Shown piece after piece: positions 54,984 through 63,018 of a DNA stretch of 64,000 nucleotides. Both the position numbers and the translations under genes were made by a program. Positions within the stretch are counted from its first letter, which is position 1. The number at the start of each line of letters is the position of its first letter. The notes beneath the pieces were generated by a model. That model was not told the origin of the DNA. It saw only the letters and a list, made by a program, of their open reading frames with translations, and searched no databases. The stretch is from Gemmatimonadales bacterium. Its GTDB lineage: Bacteria; Gemmatimonadota; Gemmatimonadetes; Gemmatimonadales; GWC2-71-9. The DNA lies in contig DATBLR010000073.1 of assembly GCA_036555275.1 (NCBI GenBank), forward strand, positions 1,079 through 65,078, in the 5' to 3' direction.

Positions 54984-55661
54984 GTGCCGCTGAGCCCCTT
55001 AGAGGTCCTGAAAAAGGTGCCCCTTTTCGCGACGATGCGCGAGGGCGACATCCACGCCTTCGCGGAGCTGGTGCGCGAGAGGACCTATCCCAAGGGCAGC
55101 GTGATCGTGTTCGAGGACGACCCGGGCGATGCCCTCTATCTGGTGGCAGCCGGGCAGGTCAAAGTGGTGCTGATCGGGGAAGACGGCCGGGAAGTGATCC
55201 TGTCGGTGCTGGGCGAAGGGAGCTTCTTCGGGGAAATGGCCCTGATCGACGACCAGCCACGATCCGCGACCGTCATCGCGATGACCGACGCCGCGGTCCT
55301 GGTGCTCAGGCGGGAGGACTTCCAGGCCCGCCTGCGCGGCTCACCCGAAATCGGCATAGCGTTGCTCCGGGAATTGTCACGGCGGCTGCGCCGGGCCGAT
55401 GAGAAGATCGGCAGCCTGGTGCTCCTCGACGTCAACGGCCGGGTCGCGGATCTCGTGCTGCGCCTCGCCGAGGAGGAGGGGGGCGACCGCATTACCAAGA
55501 AGATCACCCATCATGTCATTGCGCAAATGATCGGCTCCAGCCGGGAGACCGTCTCGCGAACTATGCGTGACTTCGTGGAGCGCGGCCTGATTCAGGTCAC
55601 TCGCAAAGACATCGCCATCACCAATCGTCCGCTGCTCGAGCGCGCCGCTGGCCGCTCGTGA
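54984..55661 (+). CDS. Crp/Fnr-family transcriptional regulator (cNMP-binding domain plus HTH)
   Basis: LKKVPLFATMREGDIHAFAE...GDALYLVAAGQVKV...FFGEMALID..PRSATV forms the cNMP-binding domain. The C-terminal HTH is IAQMIGSSRETVSRTMRDF. The GTG at 54984 has GAGGG 4 nt upstream. The upstream part of the track ORF is unlikely to be coding. Confidence 0.85.
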   Translation: MPLSPLEVLKKVPLFATMREGDIHAFAELVRERTYPKGSVIVFEDDPGDALYLVAAGQVKVVLIGEDGREVILSVLGEGSFFGEMALIDDQPRSATVIAMTDAAVLVLRREDFQARLRGSPEIGIALLRELSRRLRRADEKIGSLVLLDVNGRVADLVLRLAEEEGGDRITKKITHHVIAQMIGSSRETVSRTMRDFVERGLIQVTRKDIAITNRPLLERAAGRS

Positions 55662-55748
55662 TGCGGCGCACACCGCTGGTGTGACGGCCGCCTGTTGTGG
55701 CGGTGGCAGATTCCTTGCATCGTTGAGCGCCAGACCGCAAGAGGAGAT

Positions 55749-56615
55749 GTGACGTACACGGTCACCTTCTGGGGTACCCGGGGCTCCATTCCGACGCCGG
55801 GCGCCCACACAGCGCGTTACGGCGGCAATACCTCCTGCGTCGCGGTCTCCGGCGCCCGGGATCAGCTGGTCATCCTGGATGCGGGGAGCGGCATCAGGCC
55901 GCTGGGGCGGGAACTGTCCCGGGTGTCGAGCGGAGCGATGAATCTGGACATCCTCCTCTCGCATACCCACTGGGACCACATTCAGGGGTTGCCCTTCTTC
56001 CAGCCGTTGAATACCAAGGGCAACACGGTACGCATCTACGGTTCTGCCCAGGCGGGGGTTCCGCTGGAGGAGATCCTGGACCGGCAGATGGATCCGGTAG
56101 TCTTTCCGGTGCCGTTGAAGGCGCTGGCCGCCGATCTCACGGTTACCGAGGTGAGCCACGGCTCGTTTGAGATCGACGGGTTCGCCGTGGACGCGTTCCG
56201 GCTCCGCCATCCCGGAACGACGTTGGGATACAAGCTGGTGCCGGTGAAAGGCGGCAGGACCTTCGCCTATGTCACCGACAACGAGCTTGGCAGTGGTGGG
56301 AGCTACGACGTTCCGCCGGACTGGCGCCGGCAACTGGTGCGGTTCCTCGGGGGCGTGGACACGCTGATCCACGACGGCATGTACTCCGAGGCCATGATCG
56401 AGGCCCGGGCCGGCTGGGGTCACTCGACCCCGGAGCAGGCAATCGCCCTGGCGGCGGAAGCCGGGTGCCGGCGACTGTTGCTGTTTCACCATGAGCCCGA
56501 GCACGAGGATGGTGACATCGACGCTCTGCTCATTGAAGCGCGGAGCTATGCGGCGGCTCGGGCGCCGAAGCTCACGGTGGAGGCCGCGATGGAAGGGATG
56601 TCCCTGTCTCTCTGA
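55749..56615 (+). CDS. MBL-fold metallo-hydrolase
   Basis: VTFWGTRGSIPTPG...ILLSHTHWDHIQGLPFF (HxHxDH motif)...LLLFHHEP. The start is uncertain, either the GTG at 55749 or the upstream track start at 55695. Confidence 0.8.
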   Translation: MTYTVTFWGTRGSIPTPGAHTARYGGNTSCVAVSGARDQLVILDAGSGIRPLGRELSRVSSGAMNLDILLSHTHWDHIQGLPFFQPLNTKGNTVRIYGSAQAGVPLEEILDRQMDPVVFPVPLKALAADLTVTEVSHGSFEIDGFAVDAFRLRHPGTTLGYKLVPVKGGRTFAYVTDNELGSGGSYDVPPDWRRQLVRFLGGVDTLIHDGMYSEAMIEARAGWGHSTPEQAIALAAEAGCRRLLLFHHEPEHEDGDIDALLIEARSYAAARAPKLTVEAAMEGMSLSL

Positions 56616-56629
56616 CGAGGTCTGACTCT

Positions 56630-57322
56630 ATGCGACGCCGTTCGTTGATACCGTTCGCCCTGGCTGCGCTGGCCTTCGCCCCCGCGCTCGCAGCGCAGGA
56701 CACTCGGCCCGGGATCGCCGTGCTGCCCTTCGAGAACGGCGGCTCCTACGGCCAGGACAAGGAGAATTTCGAGGCCTTGCAGAAGGGAATTCCGGGGATG
56801 ATGATCAGCGAGCTGGGGCAGAACCCGGCCGCCCGGGTAGTCGACCGGGACAACATCGAATCGCTGCTGAAGGAACAGGACCTCGGCAAGGATGGCCGGG
56901 TCGATGCCGCCACCGCCGCGAAGATCGGCAAGCTGGTCGGCGCCCGCTACATGATTACCGGCACCTTCGTGGACCTGTACGGCCACTTCCGTACCGATGC
57001 CCGCATCGTGGATGTCGAGACCAGCGAGATTCTCAAGACCGTCAAGAGCGAGGGCAAGCGGGAAGAGCTCTTCAAGCTCATTCAGACGCTGTCGGAGAAG
57101 CTGATGTCGGAAACCAAGCTCCCGCCGCTCCCGAAGGAGGTCAGCCAGGCCGTCAAGGCACGCAACGTGCCCACCGAGGCGCTGACCCTCTACAGCAAGG
57201 CTCTGCTCTACCAGGACCGGGGCGACAAGACCAAGGCGGCCGAGTTCTTCCGGAAGGCCATCGAAACCTTCCCCAATTACGCCGAGGCGCAGGAAGGTCT
57301 GAAGAAGGTGAGCGGCGGTTGA
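56630..57322 (+). CDS. CsgG/LpoB-like periplasmic protein with C-terminal TPR-like helices
   Basis: It has a signal peptide (LIPFALAALAFAPALAAQ). GIAVLPFENGG...MMISELGQNPAARVVDRDNIESLLKEQDLG...AKIGKLVGARYMITGTF is the CsgG-family pattern. The C-terminus has ALTLYSKALLYQDRGDKTKAAEFFRKAIETFPNYAEA. Confidence 0.65.
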   Translation: MRRRSLIPFALAALAFAPALAAQDTRPGIAVLPFENGGSYGQDKENFEALQKGIPGMMISELGQNPAARVVDRDNIESLLKEQDLGKDGRVDAATAAKIGKLVGARYMITGTFVDLYGHFRTDARIVDVETSEILKTVKSEGKREELFKLIQTLSEKLMSETKLPPLPKEVSQAVKARNVPTEALTLYSKALLYQDRGDKTKAAEFFRKAIETFPNYAEAQEGLKKVSGG

Positions 57323-57325
57323 GTC

Positions 57326-58114
57326 GTGGTCGGGCTGCTCGCCGAGGTCGGCCGCGGGACGGCGCGCTGGCTCGCCCAGGTTGGGGGGCTGGCGCGCTTC
57401 GGCTTTGAAGCCATTGCCTCGCTGACCAGCCTCCCGGGCGCAGGGCGTCGCGTCGCCACACGGGTACTCCTGAACCAGCTCCGGTTCACGGCGCTGGAAG
57501 CGGTGGGACTGATCATCCTGCTGTCCGGAATCCTCAGCTATCTGACGATTTCCACCACCATCACCCAGCTCGACCGGGTTGGCGCCTCGGAATTGATCGG
57601 CAAGCTGATGGTGGTTGCCATCGTCCGTGAGCTGGGGCCCCTGCTCACCGCCATCGCCATCGTAGGGCGGAGCGGGACCGCGATCACCGCCGAACTGGCG
57701 ACCAACACCGTGCTCGGAGAGGTGCGGGCCCTGGAGGCCATGGGCATTGATCCGTATCACTACCTGGTGCTGCCCCGGCTCTTTGGCTCCGTCGTCTCCG
57801 TCTCCACCCTGATGGTCCTGTTCGACGTGGTGGCGATCATCGGGGGATTCCTCGCCGCTGCCTTCATCGCCGGCATGAGCGCGCCGCGCTACCTGGGCAT
57901 CGTGCTGGCCAATCTCACGACCCAGGACGTGGTGCTCACCGGGATCAAGGGGTTGCTCTTCGGGCTGGTGATCGGGATCATCCCGAGTTACGAGGGGCTC
58001 TCGGTCCGGCGGGGACCGACCGAGATCCCCCAGGCGGTCATCCGGGGCACCGTGAATTCCCTCGCCCTGATCTTCGTGCTGGCCGCGGTGATCGTCGGCG
58101 CGCTGCGGGGATGA
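57326..58114 (+). CDS. mlaE: MlaE-family ABC transporter permease
   Basis: FTALEAVGLIILLSG, RELGPLLTAIAIVGRSGTAITAELATN and ALEAMGIDP are typical of the MlaE/Ttg2B family. It has a GTG start. Confidence 0.85.
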   Translation: MVGLLAEVGRGTARWLAQVGGLARFGFEAIASLTSLPGAGRRVATRVLLNQLRFTALEAVGLIILLSGILSYLTISTTITQLDRVGASELIGKLMVVAIVRELGPLLTAIAIVGRSGTAITAELATNTVLGEVRALEAMGIDPYHYLVLPRLFGSVVSVSTLMVLFDVVAIIGGFLAAAFIAGMSAPRYLGIVLANLTTQDVVLTGIKGLLFGLVIGIIPSYEGLSVRRGPTEIPQAVIRGTVNSLALIFVLAAVIVGALRG

Positions 58115-58824
58115 CCCACCCGCTGGTGTTCGCCGAGGTTCCCCTTGGCAGGGTGCGGCGGACCACCCTCGGGGGAACGCCGCCGCTGGAAACCGAAGTC
58201 GAGGGACCGTTCTCGCTCCAGGTCGCGGCGCACCAGACCGTGGCCGTAGTGGGCGACGAGTCCAGCGGCGTGGACACCCTCGCGGGCCTGGCGCTAGGCC
58301 TCGAGCGGCCTCCGGCGGGACAGGTGTTCACCCTCGGCACCGAGATTGCGAAGCTGGGCCGTGTGGCTCAACTCGCCTTCCGCCGAAAGGTCGGATACCT
58401 TCCCGCGGGTGATGGCCTCATGCAGAATCTGACCCTGCGCGACAATGTTCGGTTGCCGCTTCGATTCGGGAGCAACTTCCGTCCAAAAGATATCGAGGGA
58501 CGGGTGGATGTAATCATGGCCCAGCTTCGGCTCACTCGCGCGTCGTATCTGCGGCCGGCCCAGACCAACGCCGAGGACCGCCGCCGGGCCGCGCTCGCCC
58601 GGGCCCTCGCCTTCGACCCGGAGTTGGTCGTCATGGAGGAGCCGTTCGACGGTCTGACCGACCGGACTGCCGGCGAGTTGCTGGAGGCGGCCCGCGGGGG
58701 AGAAACGGCGGAAGGAGGCCGCCGCACCGTGCTGGTCACCGCGGCGAGCCTCCCGGCCCTGCTCCTGAGTCGGGTGGACCGGCGGCTGCGGCTGGTGCGC
58801 GGTCGGCTGGAGGAGGAACGCTAG
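58111..58824 (+). CDS. MlaF-like ABC ATPase homolog with degenerate nucleotide-binding motifs
   Basis: It aligns along its length with MlaF (for example RRRAALARALAFDPELVVMEEPFDGL). Walker A is GDESSGVDT, with no Lys. The signature LSGGx is replaced by TNAED. Walker B D is replaced (VVMEEP). The H-loop His is absent (VLVTAAS). The Q-loop Gln is absent (GYLPAGDG). Confidence 0.75.
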   Translation: MTHPLVFAEVPLGRVRRTTLGGTPPLETEVEGPFSLQVAAHQTVAVVGDESSGVDTLAGLALGLERPPAGQVFTLGTEIAKLGRVAQLAFRRKVGYLPAGDGLMQNLTLRDNVRLPLRFGSNFRPKDIEGRVDVIMAQLRLTRASYLRPAQTNAEDRRRAALARALAFDPELVVMEEPFDGLTDRTAGELLEAARGGETAEGGRRTVLVTAASLPALLLSRVDRRLRLVRGRLEEER

Positions 58825-59751
58825 ATGCGGACGCGGACAGCGGACGCCCTGATCGGGCTGCTGGTAATCGGGGCCCTGGTGATCACGGTGGCCGCCTTCA
58901 TTGTGACCCGGGGATGGACCGAGCGGCGGGTGACCATTTACATGCTGAGCCCGTCGGTCCAAGACCTGAAGCAGGATACCCCGGTGTATCTGCAGGGCCT
59001 CGCGATCGGAGAAGTCGCCTCCATCTCGCCTCGGGCGGACAGCGGCCTCATGGGAGCGCCTCAGTTCATCGTCGCGCTCCGACTCCGGGAACGCTTCGCC
59101 AACGGGGTGCCGATCCGGCTGCCCCTTGGGACCTCGGGCAAGATTTCCTCGAGCGGGCTCATCGGCGCCGCATCGGTTTCGCTCACCGTGCCGCCGATCG
59201 CCGGGACCACTGCCATCCAGCCGGGGGACACCATCCAGGGGGATCTGACCCAGGGCTGGTCGGAAGGCTTGAAGGAAGTGGTCGACTCCCTCAAGACCCA
59301 GGTCTCCGACATCCTGCACGAGACGCGGGCGCTGATGGCCAACCTCGACCGGACGGCCTCGACCGCGCGCACCGAGCTGGCCACGACCGCCCCGGAGCTT
59401 CGGGCCACGCTGAGTAGCGCCCGCCAGACGCTGGAGAAGCTGCAGCCGATGATCGAGCAGGCCCGGACCACCGTGGTGTCTACCGACCAGCGAATGGGAA
59501 CGCTGCAGGACTCGCTTACCCTGCTCTTGGCGGACACGCGCCGCCTGATCAACAGCGCTGATACGCTCACCTCGACAGTCACCGGTCTGACCAACGACAT
59601 GGCCCCGGACCTGCGTCGGACGGTGTCGAACATCTACGTGGTGAGTGCGAAACTGGACCGCTTCATTGACCAAGTGAGCCGGCGTCCGCATCGCCTGCTC
59701 ACCGGCGTGCACCAGCCGCCCCGCGACTCGATTCTGCAGAACGACCAATGA
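58825..59751 (+). CDS. mlaD: MlaD/MCE-domain protein
   Basis: The N-terminal anchor is ALIGLLVIGALVITVAAFIV. The MCE domain has TPVYLQGLAIGEVASISP. The C-terminal region is long and helical. Confidence 0.8.
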   Translation: MRTRTADALIGLLVIGALVITVAAFIVTRGWTERRVTIYMLSPSVQDLKQDTPVYLQGLAIGEVASISPRADSGLMGAPQFIVALRLRERFANGVPIRLPLGTSGKISSSGLIGAASVSLTVPPIAGTTAIQPGDTIQGDLTQGWSEGLKEVVDSLKTQVSDILHETRALMANLDRTASTARTELATTAPELRATLSSARQTLEKLQPMIEQARTTVVSTDQRMGTLQDSLTLLLADTRRLINSADTLTSTVTGLTNDMAPDLRRTVSNIYVVSAKLDRFIDQVSRRPHRLLTGVHQPPRDSILQNDQ

Positions 59752-61718
59752 AGTTCCTTCTCCTGCATCCGCCAACCTGGTCCCCGGAGCCGGTGGCCCG
59801 GGCTCTTGCCGGGGAGCAGGTTGAGCTCCGGGTGGCGGAGAACCCGGCGGGGGTGGTCGGCGACGACCGGCCCACCGCCTACCTGCTCGACCCGCCGACC
59901 CGCCGCCAAGTCACCCCGCAACTGCTCTCGGCCCTGCGCGATTCGGGCGTCTCGATCGTGGCGCTGGGGGAGGCCGGTGAAGCAGATGTACCGGACGAGC
60001 TTCCCGCCGAGGTGTTGGGCGGATACGTGCCGGCCCCGGTTGGCTCCCGCCAGCTGCTGCTTGCCCTGCGCAGCGCGTTCCGCCTGTCGGCTGCACACCG
60101 GGAACAGACCCGGGCGCGGGCCGAAAGCGCGGCGCGGCTGCACGAACTCACCGAGCTGGCCGATATCGGCGTGCTGCTGACCACGGAGAAGAACCTCACC
60201 ACGCTGCTCGACCTGATCCTCACCCAGGCCCGGCGAGTGACGCAGTCCGACGCCGGCAGCCTGTATATCGTCGAGACCGACGAATTGGGGAACCGGCGGC
60301 TCCGGTTCAAGCTCAGCCACAACGACAGCCGACCCGACATTCCCTTTGTCGAGTTCACGATCCCGATCGACCACAGCTCGCTCGCGGGGTACGCCGCCAC
60401 TGAAGGCGATGCCCTCGTGATCGAGGATGTGTACATGCTCCCGCCGGACGTTGCCTACTCCTTCAACCGCTCCTTCGACGAGCGCTACGGCTACCGGACC
60501 AAGAGCATGCTGGTGATTCCGATGCAGAACCACCATGGCGAGGTCATCGGGGTCCTGCAGCTGATCAACCGCAAGCGGGACGTGGGGGCCACGCTGGCGA
60601 CGCCCGAGGATGCGCTGCGCCAGATCATCGCGTACAGCCCGCATACCGTGAAGATCGTGAGGGCACTCGCCGGCCAGGCCGCCGTCTCCATCGAGAACAG
60701 CCAGCTCTACGAGGCCATCGAGCGGCTGTTCGAGGGGTTCGTGAAAGCCGCGGTCCATGCGATCGAACAGCGAGATCCGACCACCTCGGGGCACTCCGAA
60801 CGGGTGGCGGTGCGCACCGTGGCGCTGGCTGAAGTGGTGGACCGGATCCAGGAGGGGCCCTACCGGCTGGTGGGGTTCTCACCTGAACAGGTCCGCGAGC
60901 TGCGCTACGCGGGGCTGCTGCACGACTTCGGGAAGGTGGGCGTGCGGGAGCAGGTGCTCGTCAAGGCGAAGAAACTGTATGAGTCCGAGCTGGTGCTCAT
61001 CCGGCAGCGGCACGCCTTCATCCGGCGGGGCGCGGACCTGGCGTTCGAGCGGGAACGGGCGGACTACCTGGAGCAGCACGGCCGAAAGGGCTACGACGCG
61101 TTCCTGCGCGAGCTCAAGGCCCGACAGGAGGCGGCCGTGGAGACGGCCGACCGCTTCCTCCGGGTCGTGCTGAGCTCCAACGAGCCGACGGTCCTGGCGG
61201 AAGGCGAATTCGCCCAGCTGGGTGAGTTCGCCGCGATGGAGTACCTGGACATCGAGGGCAACCCGCAGCCCTATCTCACGGCCCCGGAGCAGAAGCACCT
61301 GTCGATCCGGAAGGGAAGCCTCGACGACCGGGAGCGACTGGAGATCGAGAGCCATGTCAACCACACCTTCGAGTTTCTGCGCAAGATCCCCTGGACAGGT
61401 GGCCTCGCACGGGTGCCTGAGATCGCGCAGGCTCACCACGAAAAGCTGGACGGCACCGGCTACCCCCGGAAGGTTCGCGGGGAGGCCATCCCGCTGCAGA
61501 CCCGGATGATGACCATCGCGGACATCTTCGACGCGCTCACGGCGCAGGATCGGCCCTACAAGCGGGCGCTGCCCCCGACGCGGGCGCTCGACATCATGGG
61601 GGACGAGGTGAAGCTGGGCCAGCTGGACGCGGAGTTGTTCCGGATCTTCATCGAGGCCCGGGTGTGGGAGGAGCGGCAGGAACGGCGCCGCGAGAGCGTT
61701 ATGGTCAACCGCCCCTGA
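59748..61718 (+). CDS. HD-GYP domain protein with GAF domain and receiver-like N-terminus
   Basis: The GAF-like region has SDAGSLYIVE...MLVIPMQNHHGEVIGVLQLINR. The HD-GYP region has GHSERVA...AGLLHDFGKVGV...HHEKLDGTGYPRK...ADIFDALTAQDRPYK. The start forms an ATGA overlap with mlaD. Confidence 0.85.
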   Translation: MKFLLLHPPTWSPEPVARALAGEQVELRVAENPAGVVGDDRPTAYLLDPPTRRQVTPQLLSALRDSGVSIVALGEAGEADVPDELPAEVLGGYVPAPVGSRQLLLALRSAFRLSAAHREQTRARAESAARLHELTELADIGVLLTTEKNLTTLLDLILTQARRVTQSDAGSLYIVETDELGNRRLRFKLSHNDSRPDIPFVEFTIPIDHSSLAGYAATEGDALVIEDVYMLPPDVAYSFNRSFDERYGYRTKSMLVIPMQNHHGEVIGVLQLINRKRDVGATLATPEDALRQIIAYSPHTVKIVRALAGQAAVSIENSQLYEAIERLFEGFVKAAVHAIEQRDPTTSGHSERVAVRTVALAEVVDRIQEGPYRLVGFSPEQVRELRYAGLLHDFGKVGVREQVLVKAKKLYESELVLIRQRHAFIRRGADLAFERERADYLEQHGRKGYDAFLRELKARQEAAVETADRFLRVVLSSNEPTVLAEGEFAQLGEFAAMEYLDIEGNPQPYLTAPEQKHLSIRKGSLDDRERLEIESHVNHTFEFLRKIPWTGGLARVPEIAQAHHEKLDGTGYPRKVRGEAIPLQTRMMTIADIFDALTAQDRPYKRALPPTRALDIMGDEVKLGQLDAELFRIFIEARVWEERQERRRESVMVNRP

Positions 61719-63018
61719 ACATTCCCGGCCGCGCCTCCCGCGACCAGCGGAGAACCGCCGCAGCGAGTCCCAGGTTCGCGGGGACGAAAAGCGCCAGGAC
61801 CTGGCCGTTCACCTGGCCGAAGGACGGTAGCAGCTTCAGCAGGACCCCCGCGATCGCACAGCCACCCACACCCGCCGCAAGCAGCCGCGCCACCGCCACC
61901 GCCGCCGGGCGGTCCTTGAGCAGGGCCGGCAGCACTGCCGCCAGTGCCAGCGCAAAGATCGTCGCCTGCAGCAGGTTCTCGTTGTGGCTGGCGATGATGT
62001 GATCCGTAAAGGCCCACAACCCGCCGAGGATCAGGCCAGCGACCCCGGTGAGGAACGACCAGAGCGTTCCCCCGGCCAGCAGGGCCCACCGCGCCGGCGC
62101 CGAGCGGCGCCCCGCCACACCACCCCACCAGAACGTCCCGCCCAGCAGGGCTCCCAGCGCCAGAAAGCCCTGCATCCAGTGGGGCGGCGCTTTGGGCACC
62201 GGGTAGCGGGTGCTCTCGTACACCGTCCGTTCGCTGTTCACCAGCGGCACCAGGGCACCGGTGCTGTCGGGAACTCGCACTTCCCGCAGATACTCCCGCA
62301 CCTTGAATGGGAGGAACATCTCGTCCCACTTGGTGACCGGAGCGTCGGCACGGGGTCCCAGCACCAGCATGAGGCCGGTGTAGAGCGGGAGGTTGTGGGT
62401 CATCAGGCGCAGCGTGTGGAACCGGAAGCTGCCCGAAGCGGGCCCGTTCATCTGGTTCCGGAAGGCGCCGTTCACAACATGATCGATCGCATCCCGGACC
62501 CGGGTCGAGCAGTTGTCGCGGTAATAGTCGTACCGGTAATAGGCATTGGAGGGGAGGGCGTTGGTCTTCAGGTAATCGCGGATCGCGATCCGCTGTGCCG
62601 GCGTCAGGTTCAGCTCCTGTTGCCAGACCGACCGTTCCGCGGCGATGTACCTGGGAACTTCCTCGTCGGCCGGGTAACCGGCCATCCAGTACAGCATCCG
62701 GCCCTGAAGGAAACGCAGCAGGAAGTTCTGCTGCCGAAAGCTGAACATTCCGTAGTTGTATGCCAGGTCCGTCCCGGTTCGCAGGTCCTCGACCACAATC
62801 GCGTTGTGGCCGAAGCGCTCCCAGACCGCGGCTCCGACGCCCATCGTCAGGACCGATACCCGGAGATTGGCGCCGGGGACTGGGCTCGGCGGCTTGGCGG
62901 CGGGAGGCCCTGGCGATGTCTGCGAGGCCGCTCCTGGTGGCCGGTGGAGGACAACGAAGCAGACAAGAAGGGCGGTCCCGACCCAGCGAGTCACCGAGCC
63001 GCCGAGCCGCCGACTCAC
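61705..63018 (-). CDS. DUF4105 (Lnb N-terminal periplasmic domain-like) protein with C-terminal TM helices
   Basis: It has an N-terminal signal/anchor. VSVLTMGVGAAVWERFGHNAIVVED...AYNYGMFSF...YYRYDYYRDNCSTRVRDAID is typical of DUF4105. It has about 5 C-terminal TM helices. The GTG start forms a GTGA overlap with the upstream gene. Confidence 0.7.
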   Translation of the reverse strand: MSRRLGGSVTRWVGTALLVCFVVLHRPPGAASQTSPGPPAAKPPSPVPGANLRVSVLTMGVGAAVWERFGHNAIVVEDLRTGTDLAYNYGMFSFRQQNFLLRFLQGRMLYWMAGYPADEEVPRYIAAERSVWQQELNLTPAQRIAIRDYLKTNALPSNAYYRYDYYRDNCSTRVRDAIDHVVNGAFRNQMNGPASGSFRFHTLRLMTHNLPLYTGLMLVLGPRADAPVTKWDEMFLPFKVREYLREVRVPDSTGALVPLVNSERTVYESTRYPVPKAPPHWMQGFLALGALLGGTFWWGGVAGRRSAPARWALLAGGTLWSFLTGVAGLILGGLWAFTDHIIASHNENLLQATIFALALAAVLPALLKDRPAAVAVARLLAAGVGGCAIAGVLLKLLPSFGQVNGQVLALFVPANLGLAAAVLRWSREARPGMFRGG

